In this document: positions 1 through 8,362 of the stretch, in pieces | Numbering within the stretch: the stretch's first letter is position 1 | Layout of the letters: every line of letters starts with the position of its first letter | Origin: an uncultured bacterium | GTDB lineage: Bacteria; Cyanobacteriota; Cyanobacteriia; CACIAM-69d | Assembly (NCBI GenBank): GCA_964655355.1 | Contig: CAZZMD010000053.1 | Location: 562-32,561 of the forward strand | Direction: 5' to 3' | Length of the DNA stretch: 32,000 nucleotides | The notes under the pieces: generated by a model | Seen by the model: the letters and a program-made list of their open reading frames with translations, nothing else | Told to the model about the DNA's origin: nothing | Database searches by the model: none | Position numbers and translations under genes: made by a program

Positions 1-391
1 TTTCATCCGGTGTTTCCGCAAAGAGTTGATTCAGCGTTGCCGTCAATAAATCCTCTGGCGTATCCGGTGCATAGATTTTGGTGCTAACGGGGCTCAGCTC
101 CAGCGATCGCCCCGTATCTTTCAGCCAATACACCATCACCGATTGCTCAATGGCGGCCGGTGCGGCAGGGGTTGTGGGTGCGGGGGATGCTTCGCCGCCA
201 GGGATAGCCGTGGGGGACGGGGAAACGGTCACGGCGGAAGCGGTCGGTGCAGGCTCGGGGACGTCGCTTTGCTGTTGGCTGGTCACCCAAGCGGTGGCGG
301 CTCCCACGGCGATCGCGACGGCGGCTCCCATGGAAAGTCCTAACGGTATCCGCTTCGAAGATGCTTTGGAATTGGAATTACGATCCGCCAT
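1..391 (-). CDS. GerMN (sporulation/spore germination)-like domain protein, 3' end truncated by window edge
   Basis: Open frame on the minus strand from ATG at 391: MADRNSNSKASKRIPLGLSMGAAVAIAVGATAWVTSQQQS..., with N-terminal TM/signal anchor, Pro/Ala-rich linker, then VMVYWLKDTGRSLELSPVSTKIYAPDTPEDLLTATLNQLFAETPDE, typical of cyanobacterial GerMN proteins. Runs off the window. Confidence 0.7.
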   Translation of the reverse strand, partial: MADRNSNSKASSKRIPLGLSMGAAVAIAVGAATAWVTSQQQSDVPEPAPTASAVTVSPSPTAIPGGEASPAPTTPAAPAAIEQSVMVYWLKDTGRSLELSPVSTKIYAPDTPEDLLTATLNQLFAETPDE

Positions 392-808
392 GATTCATCC
401 TCTTCAATCTCTAATGTCAGAGCGTCTGTCTGCGCTTCAGACCTGTGCCCCAAGCGATCGCCCCGCCGCCTTAGTTCTATTCTATGAAGCCTGGTGGGGC
501 GATCGCGATTCCCGGGACGCTTTGTGAAGTGGAGGGGGTGCCATCATCCACAGCCTCCCAATGAATCGGCTTGTAACAATTTAAGCTTGTCCAAGGAGAT
601 CAATACAGGATGATGAATTCAATGGCGTCGCGGGAAAGGCCCCGTAATATCTGAGATGTTCACCGTTGAGGGTCCTGGTATACACTAGATCCCATCAGCG
701 AGAGTGAGACATATTTAATACAAGAAATTGTCTTCCACACACTGAGTATTTTGACGGGTAAGCATCTTTGCACTCCAACTCCAGTCGTTACTTTTCTCGT
801 CCCCCATC

Positions 809-1792
809 ATGTTATTTAACGCCACCGATCTCCTGATCAATGATTTTGTGAATCGTCTGCAAGAGGGTTATCAGCGCACTTACGGTAATTGGAAGGAAAA
901 TTACAAAGATATTTTGGCTTGGGCGGGGGGCGTGGCCCTGGAGAATATTGCGAATGGGGATGCCCTTTATCACAACGTGGAGCACACCATTCTGGTGACG
1001 TTGGTGGGGCAGGAGGTGATTCGGGGGAGGCAGATTCGAGAGGGGGGAGTTCTCCCTGGAGACTGGCTCCATTTCATTATTTCGCTCCTGTTCCATGATG
1101 TGGGCTATATCAAGGGGGTTTGCCAGGAGGATGGCAATGGCTGGTATGCCACGGGGGTGGGGGAGGAGCGAGTTCGGTTATCGTTCGGCGCGACTGATGC
1201 GAGTTTGACCCCTTACCATGTCGATCGCAGTAAGCGATTTATTGAAGAGCGGTTTGGCGGACACAAGCTGATCGATGTGGAGATTCTGAAGCGGAATGTG
1301 GAGTTGACCCGGTTTCCGGTGCCTGATGGTGAGGATCGACAGGAGACGCGAAATTTTCCGGGGCTGGTGCGGGCGGCGGATTTGTTGGGGCAGTTGAGTG
1401 ATCCGCGATATTTCAACAAAATCTGCGCCCTGTTTTATGAGTTTGAGGAGACGGGGATGAATCAGATCCTCGGTTATCAAACCCCAGGGGATTTACGGGC
1501 GAATTATGCTCAGTTCTTCTGGAAGGAGGTGTATCCCTATGTCAAAGATGCGTTGGAGTATTTGTCGTTGACCCAGGCGGGTAAGCAGATTGCGGCGAAT
1601 TTATATTCCAATGTGTTTGTGGTGGAGCATGGATCGGATTCGGTGGTGCCTGCCCCTTGCCCGCGATCGCCGTTAGAGAATGAGGCGTCCCAGATTTTGG
1701 ATCAGCCTTTCTCGGGGGGCGATCGGGATATGGACCGGGGCGCTGACCAGGAAGTGTCTCCCACGTTGATCGGGGAACGGCTGGCGGTTTAG
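809..1792 (+). CDS. HD-domain metal-dependent phosphohydrolase family protein
   Basis: 327 aa ORF with LYHNVEHTILVTLVGQEV and LHFIISLLFHDVGYIKG (H...HD metal-binding motifs) near the N-terminus. Confidence 0.8.
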   Translation: MLFNATDLLINDFVNRLQEGYQRTYGNWKENYKDILAWAGGVALENIANGDALYHNVEHTILVTLVGQEVIRGRQIREGGVLPGDWLHFIISLLFHDVGYIKGVCQEDGNGWYATGVGEERVRLSFGATDASLTPYHVDRSKRFIEERFGGHKLIDVEILKRNVELTRFPVPDGEDRQETRNFPGLVRAADLLGQLSDPRYFNKICALFYEFEETGMNQILGYQTPGDLRANYAQFFWKEVYPYVKDALEYLSLTQAGKQIAANLYSNVFVVEHGSDSVVPAPCPRSPLENEASQILDQPFSGGDRDMDRGADQEVSPTLIGERLAV

Positions 1793-1821
1793 GGCGATCA
1801 GGTTTAGGGCGATCAGTAGGA

Positions 1822-1853
1822 CTCAAGCGCCAGCCTTGTACCTGGCACTTGAG
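1822..1853. terminator. Hairpin between convergent genes, possible bidirectional terminator
   Basis: CTCAAG-C-GCCAG ... CTGGC-A-CTTGAG inverted repeat (11 bp paired with one internal mismatch) between the HD gene stop (1792) and the FAD gene stop (1925). Confidence 0.4.
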
Positions 1854-1924
1854 CCTTAGAAAGAAACCATTCACTTGTTCTTTAAAATCCCAGGTCCTAG
1901 AATCCCGGTCCTAGAATCCCAGCA

Positions 1925-3418
1925 CTAGAGCCCCAGGACCTGTCCCACTTCTTTACCCAGCTGCTGTCCCATTTGCCCCAGGACTGGCCCTAGGACGGCG
2001 GGGTGGATCAGACACCAGGGGGAGGCGGCCATGTGCTGGAGATGCCACACCCGATCATGGATCTGGGGGTGCTGGTCCGTTAGGGTCAGAACCCGTTGGA
2101 GATACCGTTGCATCAGGCGCATCCACCATTGGGGTTCGGGGCCTTCGGTGGTGGGCCAGCGTAGGTCTTCGCCGGTGGCCATTAACCACGGGAGCTGAAG
2201 TACGGAGCCGAGGCTTTTCCGGAAGCGATCGCCGGCGCGGGTCAGGTTCGGGCGATCGCTGGTGCCGGTGTTATCCAGCCAGTGACCCAGTCGCTGGGCG
2301 GATAGGGCTGCAACGGTCATTCCTTGGCCATAGAGGGGGTTAAAGGCACAGACCCCATCACCCAACGTTACTAGGCGGGCGGGAAAACGATCCATGGTTT
2401 CGTAGTGACGCCACCGGTTGGCGGTGCCCCGATAGAGTTTGACGGCGGAGACGGGGACCGCGTGGCGAATGGCGTTGTAGATAGCGCGGTTGCGCAGGCT
2501 GCGGGCGAATTTCAGAAAATCCTGGTCGTGGGCGGTGGGATAGTCGCCGCCGGTGCCGGAGAGGGTGACCACCCAGCGGTTCCCTTCCACGGGGTACAGG
2601 ACTCCCGCCCGGGTTTGATAGGGGGGCTTGGCCCAAATCAGCAGGGATTTCCAGTTCCATTGCTCGCCGCGATTGGGGTGGTGATATTCCGGCGGAATTT
2701 CAAACCATTGGCTGGCATAGCCGAGCTTGGCGTCAATGACCGTTTCTTCCGGTAGCTCATAGCCCCATTCCGTCAGCCATTGGGGCAGGGGCGATCGCCG
2801 GCCGGTGGCATCTACGACCAATTCTCCGGTTACGGTATAGCGCTTTTGACCCCGCCGTACCGTGACGCCGGTGACCTGATCCCGACGCCCTGAGCCCCGC
2901 TCTAGCACTAGGCCCGATACGGTGACACCGGTCATAAATTTCACGTTGTCCCACTCTTGCAGGCGATCGCGGATGAGTTGTTCCAATAGCGATCGGCTAC
3001 AGGTGCGGGTGGTTAGCCCCGATTCGAAGCGGGGATTCCAGTCCCCTAATCCCATCATCAAACAGTCGGCGGTCCAATTTACGGCCGGGGACCCGGCTGC
3101 TGCTAATTCTTGCGTTAAACCGGGGAACAGGTTTTCCATGATGTGCAACCCTTTGGCCAGCAGCACATGGACATGGTCCGTTTGGGGGACCCCCGGGCGT
3201 GGACTGTTGGGGGTCAGGCGATCGCGTTCGATGATGACCACGGTTTCGAACCGTTCCGCCAATTCCCGTGCGGTCAATAGTCCCGTAATGCTGGCGCCGA
3301 GCACCACCGCTTGACCGGGGATTTTACGACCGGTCGAGACGGGGCGATCGCGCTTTCGGGACCGCAGGGGAATGAGGTTATCGGGAACCTGTTGGAAGGG
3401 GAGAGAGGAGGAAACCAT
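1925..3418 (-). CDS. FAD-dependent oxidoreductase/monooxygenase-like protein
   Basis: 497 aa; Rossmann-type QAVVLGASITGLLTARELAERFETVVIIERD near the N-terminus and VTLGDGVCAFNPLYGQGMTVAALSAQRLGHWL (GD motif) in the C-terminal half. Confidence 0.8.
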   Translation of the reverse strand: MVSSSLPFQQVPDNLIPLRSRKRDRPVSTGRKIPGQAVVLGASITGLLTARELAERFETVVIIERDRLTPNSPRPGVPQTDHVHVLLAKGLHIMENLFPGLTQELAAAGSPAVNWTADCLMMGLGDWNPRFESGLTTRTCSRSLLEQLIRDRLQEWDNVKFMTGVTVSGLVLERGSGRRDQVTGVTVRRGQKRYTVTGELVVDATGRRSPLPQWLTEWGYELPEETVIDAKLGYASQWFEIPPEYHHPNRGEQWNWKSLLIWAKPPYQTRAGVLYPVEGNRWVVTLSGTGGDYPTAHDQDFLKFARSLRNRAIYNAIRHAVPVSAVKLYRGTANRWRHYETMDRFPARLVTLGDGVCAFNPLYGQGMTVAALSAQRLGHWLDNTGTSDRPNLTRAGDRFRKSLGSVLQLPWLMATGEDLRWPTTEGPEPQWWMRLMQRYLQRVLTLTDQHPQIHDRVWHLQHMAASPWCLIHPAVLGPVLGQMGQQLGKEVGQVLGL

Positions 3419-3756
3419 GGAAGAGAAGACCCTTGGGCGCGGTAAAACTTACCTCCTCTCTTCGAGATTGCTATGCCCTGTCCGGAGCCTCAAACACTTC
3501 CCAAATTGTCCCCTGCTCCCTTGACGTAAGGCTTTCGAGGGGAATGGGGCTGACTCGCTGAATCTGTTGAGCGTCCCCTGACAATCTGGTCTGAATAACG
3601 CTGACTGACTACGAGGATGATGACGGGATGATGACGATGGGGCCCACCCGATTCCTGAACCGGACCCATCGGCGATCGCATTCCCCCTCCCTGGGCGCTA
3701 CTCCCGAGGCGTTACTCTCTGGGCGCTACAGCATCTCTGATCGCTATCCTTGGGCG

Positions 3757-4419
3757 CTACAACAAACCGCGATAGCGGATAAATAGCAAAATTGCTGCCC
3801 AGGAGCCTAGGGCCACCTTCAGGGCCACCAGGGCATTTAATAGGGGAATCGATCCCCCACTGATCAGTCCGCCGAAGGTGCCCATGGGTAAGGCCCATCC
3901 CCCCAGGGTCAACACCGCCAGCACAATAAACACCAGCACCGACAGCTTTTCCAGCTTCGCCGCATTCCAACGCTTGTAAATTCCTTCCATCCAGTCCGCG
4001 GGGGAGGTGATGGCTACCAATCCGATCGCTGTTCCGCCGGCCACCCCTGCCGCAAAACCACCACCGGGGCTGAGGTGTCCCCGCAACATCAGTTCGATGC
4101 ACACCAGGGCGGCGATCATGGCCCCCAGCCGCGCTAGGACGATTGACGGCTGGTCTTTGAATTGGTGAATGGTGGGGGACGGTTGTTCGTCCGCCAGAAG
4201 ATAGCGCACCCCCATAATCGACAGGGTGAACACCACCACCTCAAAAATGGTGTCGTAGAGGCGATTGCGGAAAATAATCCCCGATACGGTGTTTGGAATG
4301 CCGGTGTCTTGCACGACGGCCGCCACTACTTCGGCGCTGGATAGGCCTGAGGTGGGGTTCGGCGTCAGCAGCATTTTTAAACAGAGGGCAATGCCCGCCA
4401 GGATATATATCCATTTCAT
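3757..4419 (-). CDS. mnhB: Na+/H+ antiporter subunit MnhB/MrpB
   Basis: MKWIYILAGIALCLKMLLTPNP...GIIFRNRLYDTIFEVVVFTLSIMGVRYLL...GHLSPGGGFAAGVAGGTAIGL is characteristic of MnhB. ORF extends upstream to 4584, but that extension is encoded by tandem repeats and overlaps the upstream gene; M at 4419 or 4455 is more likely the start. Confidence 0.85.
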   Translation of the reverse strand: MKWIYILAGIALCLKMLLTPNPTSGLSSAEVVAAVVQDTGIPNTVSGIIFRNRLYDTIFEVVVFTLSIMGVRYLLADEQPSPTIHQFKDQPSIVLARLGAMIAALVCIELMLRGHLSPGGGFAAGVAGGTAIGLVAITSPADWMEGIYKRWNAAKLEKLSVLVFIVLAVLTLGGWALPMGTFGGLISGGSIPLLNALVALKVALGSWAAILLFIRYRGLL

Positions 4420-4487
4420 GGGGGACTGTATGGGCGACTGTGTGGGCGACTTCATGGGGGGGGATGGTCTCCGATGTCTCCTAGAGG

Positions 4488-4547
4488 TTGGGCGTTTGGG
4501 GATTGGGCGTTTAGATGTTGAGCGTTTAGGGGTTGGGCGTTCCCGTG
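4488..4547. repeat. 15-bp imperfect tandem repeat, 4 copies
   Basis: TTGGGCGTTTGGGGA / TTGGGCGTTTAGATG / TTGAGCGTTTAGGGG / TTGGGCGTTCCCGTG read directly. Confidence 0.85.
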
Positions 4548-5302
4548 GGGGAGGGGGGATTTTTCGAATCTGACGCGGGGGCAAGATCTTTCGGCGGTAA
4601 CTCTCCGATCTCTGCCGGTCGAAGGGTGGCGATCGCCGGATTGAGTTCCTGTTGCATTAGCTCGTGCAGCCGCTCGACCCGTACGGTCAAACCATAGGGG
4701 CGATCGCTGTCCTTAGACCCGGTCTCCGCTGTGGATTGCCCCGCGAAAAAAGCTGTGGCAACGGCATGGACTTCCCGGGCGGCCAGGGCCTGGTCGAGGG
4801 CATGGCGATCGGGGAAGAAAAATAGCTCTAGCCGCAGGTAATGCTTCCCACAAAATCCTCGCAATTCCTGCAATAGGGGTTCAAATTCCGGCGGATCATC
4901 CTCCGTATTGACCGATCGCAAAATGGGATCCACCAGGGAGCGAGGCACCGTGCGGGTTTTTCGTTCCGCTGCATCCACTTCGTCCCAATTGCCGGCAATC
5001 CCCTCCTCTAAATCCTCCTCGTGCAGGTCCTCTGGTTGTCCCACAATCCCGAGACGCAGTTCCAAGGACGATCGCACCGCTACCGCATAGAGGGTGATGG
5101 CTAACATCGTCCCCACCAATGCCTCCGTTAGGGCTACGTCCGCTGCCCCGAATAGGGCATAGACCAGGGCTGCAATGCCCCCCAGAATCCCTCGCACCAC
5201 TAGGGCATGGTAGGGATTTTTCTGGAGGACCGTCATCACTGCGGCGATCGGCAGTAACACCGTGATCGCCAGTACGTCCCACTGGGTGATGGCATCATTC
5301 AT
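4526..5302 (-). CDS. MrpA C-terminal (MbhD/DUF4040-like) subunit with long hydrophilic tail
   Basis: MNDAITQWDVLAITVLLPIAAVMTVLQKNPYHALVVRGILGGIAALVYALFGAADVALTEALVGTMLAITLYAVAVRSS matches the MbhD-like membrane module; followed by about 150 aa hydrophilic region; operon context. Confidence 0.8.
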   Translation of the reverse strand: MNDAITQWDVLAITVLLPIAAVMTVLQKNPYHALVVRGILGGIAALVYALFGAADVALTEALVGTMLAITLYAVAVRSSLELRLGIVGQPEDLHEEDLEEGIAGNWDEVDAAERKTRTVPRSLVDPILRSVNTEDDPPEFEPLLQELRGFCGKHYLRLELFFFPDRHALDQALAAREVHAVATAFFAGQSTAETGSKDSDRPYGLTVRVERLHELMQQELNPAIATLRPAEIGELPPKDLAPASDSKNPPSPTGTPNP

Positions 5303-5585
5303 GGGCGCTCTCCTGGGTTGAGCAGTAGGCCAGGACATAGCCCAAAATCGTATTCCAGATCGCTAGGGCAATCAGCGCCAGGACCAATAGGGGCCATTCA
5401 CTGGGGATGCGCAGCAATAATCCCACTACGATCGCCATGGAGCCTAAGGTATCGGACACCGATAGGGCATGGAGTTTGAACAGTACGGAGCGCGGTCCCA
5501 CCAAGGGCACCGTTCCCCATAGCCAAAACACCAGTCCGATAACAATACAGCCGGTGCTGATCCAATGAATAATTTGCTCAATCAC
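5295..5585 (-). CDS. mnhG: Na+/H+ antiporter subunit MnhG/MrpG
   Basis: GTG start at 5585 overlapping the mnhF stop (GTGA); VIEQIIHWISTGCIVIGLVFWLWGTVPLVGPRSVLFKLHALSVSDTLGSMAIVVGLLL. Confidence 0.85.
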   Translation of the reverse strand: MIEQIIHWISTGCIVIGLVFWLWGTVPLVGPRSVLFKLHALSVSDTLGSMAIVVGLLLRIPSEWPLLVLALIALAIWNTILGYVLAYCSTQESAHE

Positions 5586-5833
5586 GACTCGTTCACCCGT
5601 TTCAACACCTGCGCTAGTAGCATGAGGGACGCATTGCCGACGCTGAGGATCAAAACCCCCACCAGCCCGATCATCCAATCATCCCGCAATACGGAGATGA
5701 CCAGGATCATGATGGAGGCTTTGGTGGAGACGCTGGCGAAGGCTAGCATTTTTTGCCAGATATCCTTGTCCTGAAATGCCTCATAGATGGGAATCAAGAG
5801 AATCAGGATCATCGGGGCTAAAATCCAGTTCAT
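5582..5833 (-). CDS. mnhF: Na+/H+ antiporter subunit MnhF/MrpF
   Basis: 83 aa three-TM protein, DDWMIGLVGVLILSVGNASLMLL, operon position between E and G, 4-bp overlap with mnhE. Confidence 0.75.
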   Translation of the reverse strand: MNWILAPMILILLIPIYEAFQDKDIWQKMLAFASVSTKASIMILVISVLRDDWMIGLVGVLILSVGNASLMLLAQVLKRVNES

Positions 5834-6219
5834 TTTGGGTTCCTCCGACGAATCCAGTGGACTTCATACCATCCTCGCTCGTCATATCGCGTGACGATGG
5901 TTTTGGGGGTGAAGGTGATGACGAAGATATCTAAGAAGACTAGCCCTGGGGTGCGACGGGGGGGCACTTGGGTCCGGGAAACGGCTTCGTGGCGATGGGG
6001 ACGCAGCATGATCTCGAACGCTTCTCGATAGGCCTGGGGGATGGCGCGCACGCTTTCCCAAATGGCGCGAGCCCAATCCTTGATGGCGGCGGGTTGACTG
6101 GCGCTGCGGGGTATGGCGAGGGACACCACAAATCCAATGACGATGTTGGTGGGGCTTAGGTCGGCGGTGAGCAGGAACCAGATGGTGAGCCGTAGTAATA
6201 AATCAGGGTAGCCAATCAT
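5830..6219 (-). CDS. mnhE: Na+/H+ antiporter subunit MnhE/MrpE
   Basis: MIGYPDLLLRLTIWFLLTADLSPTNIVIGFVVSLAIP...VFLDIFVITFTPKTIVTRYDERGWYEVHWI; 4-bp ATGA overlap with mnhD. Confidence 0.85.
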   Translation of the reverse strand: MIGYPDLLLRLTIWFLLTADLSPTNIVIGFVVSLAIPRSASQPAAIKDWARAIWESVRAIPQAYREAFEIMLRPHRHEAVSRTQVPPRRTPGLVFLDIFVITFTPKTIVTRYDERGWYEVHWIRRRNPK

Positions 6220-7688
6220 CCTAGGCCTCCCGCCGGAATGGCAAAGAGGAGCAGCAGTAGCAGGGCGATCGCACTGAGGCTCATGGCTCCCACCAGGTGT
6301 TCTAGGTGTTCAAATAGGCGCGGCAGGGTGAGGGAAACCCGTCGGATGGCGACCCAGTAAATAAGCCAGCCCGCGGCGATGGTGGCGATCGCTTTGAGCA
6401 TGCTGTCCAAGCTGTAGGCTTCCAGATAAACCCCGTTGGCGAGGATTAATCCCCCGATCAGGACAACCATGGGGGGGGCTAGGGTCTGGATTTTTTCGGG
6501 GGCGGTGACGGTGTTGCTGTGGGGGAGGAAGAGGAATTTGGCGAGGAGGATCGCGGTGCCGACGGCGGCGGTGTTTAGGGCGATCGCTTGCCAGGGGAGG
6601 AATGATTTGGAAACCAGGGCTTTGGCCCCAAACCCGACCAGTAGCGGCATTCCGGAAATGGAGAGGGCCCCGATCGCCACCAGGATCCAGAGGGACCGGG
6701 CGATCGGTTTTTGGTTTAACGTGGCAAACTCACGGCTGGGGAGGGAGCCCACCGATAGGAATAGGGTCGCTTTGGCTAATCCATGGGACAGGGCATACAA
6801 TCCTGCCGCCGCTGGCACGGCCAGCACAAATCCCATTTGGGACACCGTGCTTAGGGCTAGGGTTCGCTTGGTATCCCGCTCAAAAATGCCGTAGCCGACC
6901 CCCAGCAAGGCTGTAGCAACGCCCGCCAGACGGAGAATGGGATCCACGGCCGGGACGAGCAGGGCACAGCGGACGAGGGCCAGCAGGGCTGTTTTAATGA
7001 CGACTCCGGATAACATTGCCGAGACGGGACTATCCGCTTCCGCGTGGGTTTGGGGCAGCCATAGCCCGGAGACAAATACGCCTCCCTTCGCCAGGAGCCC
7101 TAGGAAAATGAGGGCGATCGCTTCTGGGGGGGCTTGGGCTAATCCCTCAAATCGGAAGGAGTGGTTGGCTTCATACACCAGCGCTACGCCCACCAGGTAG
7201 AACAACATGGCGGTGTTGCTCACAAATAGGTATCGCAGCCCGACCCAGATGGTCCGAGGCGATCGCGAATAGGTCACCAGTAAAAATGACGCAATGCTGA
7301 GCACCTCCAGCGCCACGTAGAGGCTGATAAAGTCCACGCATAGGAAGGCGGCGTTGACGGCCCCGTGCAACAGGATGACCTGGGTGTAGAAAAAGGCGGT
7401 TTTGGTGCTGTTCCAGCAGTAGAGCAGGACCGCTAGGGTGACCAGGGCATTGGTGATGATGAAAAAGGCCCCGAGGGAGTCCACCAGGAGTGTTACCCCA
7501 AAGCTATCCAGCAACTGGAAGGGCTCCGGTGATGGCAATAAAAAACTCAGCCCCGCAAAGGCGATCGAGGTGAGCACCACCCCCGATGCGAGGAACCGGT
7601 CCAGTTCCGGCAGCAGGTAAATGCTGAAGCCCACAAAAAACGGTAGCGCCGCCCACGCCACCGTCAGCAGTGGCAGTATCTCAGTCAT
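6216..7688 (-). CDS. mnhD: Na+/H+ antiporter subunit MnhD/MrpD-like (proton-translocating NuoL/M/N family)
   Basis: 490 aa polytopic protein with SLYVALEVLSIASF (conserved Glu), LGLLAKGGVFVSGLWLPQTHAEADSPVSAMLSGVVIKT (conserved Lys residues) and LALSTVSQMGFVL. Confidence 0.9.
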   Translation of the reverse strand: MTEILPLLTVAWAALPFFVGFSIYLLPELDRFLASGVVLTSIAFAGLSFLLPSPEPFQLLDSFGVTLLVDSLGAFFIITNALVTLAVLLYCWNSTKTAFFYTQVILLHGAVNAAFLCVDFISLYVALEVLSIASFLLVTYSRSPRTIWVGLRYLFVSNTAMLFYLVGVALVYEANHSFRFEGLAQAPPEAIALIFLGLLAKGGVFVSGLWLPQTHAEADSPVSAMLSGVVIKTALLALVRCALLVPAVDPILRLAGVATALLGVGYGIFERDTKRTLALSTVSQMGFVLAVPAAAGLYALSHGLAKATLFLSVGSLPSREFATLNQKPIARSLWILVAIGALSISGMPLLVGFGAKALVSKSFLPWQAIALNTAAVGTAILLAKFLFLPHSNTVTAPEKIQTLAPPMVVLIGGLILANGVYLEAYSLDSMLKAIATIAAGWLIYWVAIRRVSLTLPRLFEHLEHLVGAMSLSAIALLLLLLFAIPAGGLG

Positions 7689-8032
7689 GGGCGGTAGCTC
7701 CGTTCAATGGCGTTCGTCTCCAGGGTGGGATTATCCCGCGCCAATTTCATGACTCCCACCAGCATTAGGGCTTGGATCGAAAATCCAATGACGATCGCGG
7801 TCAAAATCACCGCCTGGGGTACCGGATCGGCATAGGTTCCTGCTTCCAGGACGGCGTCGGCGTTGTCGGCGATGGGGGCAAACCATCCCTGTCGCCCCGC
7901 TGTGAGGACGTAGTAGGCGATCGTGCCGGTGCTCATCACGTCCATGGCGATGATTTTCATCACCAGATTGCGCTTCAGGATGAGTCCGAAAAAGCCGCAT
8001 AAGATTGTCGTGAAGACGCACGCGTCCAGCAT
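7685..8032 (-). CDS. mnhC: Na+/H+ antiporter subunit MnhC/MrpC (NuoK-like)
   Basis: 115 aa; GLILKRNLVMKIIAMDVMSTGTIAYYVLTA...ADPVPQAVILTAIVIGFSIQALMLVGVMKL; 4-bp overlap with mnhD. Confidence 0.85.
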   Translation of the reverse strand: MLDACVFTTILCGFFGLILKRNLVMKIIAMDVMSTGTIAYYVLTAGRQGWFAPIADNADAVLEAGTYADPVPQAVILTAIVIGFSIQALMLVGVMKLARDNPTLETNAIERSYRP

Positions 8033-8362
8033 GGGCAGTCGACCTGGGAGAGGGGAGAGATCGGGGCAGTGGGCTGATCCCGGATGGGCCAGCGCCCGTC
8101 CTATAGGATATCGACAAAGGCTGCCTGCTGATCATTCCATTCTCTAATCGCCCACCCCGCACTATTTATATGGCTGTTATATGGGGTGGTTATTTGCAAG
8201 GATATTTGGGCGATCGCGATGGTGCTGTTCCTGGGCTATGGAGGGCTCAGTGTACTCCTATGCTGTCGATTTATTGATCATCTTCAGTAAAGGTATTTAA
8301 TCAAAATGGGGAGGCTAGGTTAGGGTGACTATATAAAGGTAGCGATCTAGTCCGAACCTCCG

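Noticed and set aside
78-527. 149 aa ORF on the + strand
   Set aside because: Antisense to the GerMN-like gene on the minus strand; low-complexity Ala/Gly composition from a GC-rich complementary strand.
1178-1480. Minus-strand ORF inside the HD gene (also 812-1096 and 1542-1874)
   Set aside because: Shadow frames of a clearly recognised coding sequence with no family similarity.
3490-3681. 63 aa minus-strand ORF between the FAD and Mrp genes
   Set aside because: No recognisable motif; overlaps a repeat-containing intergenic region.
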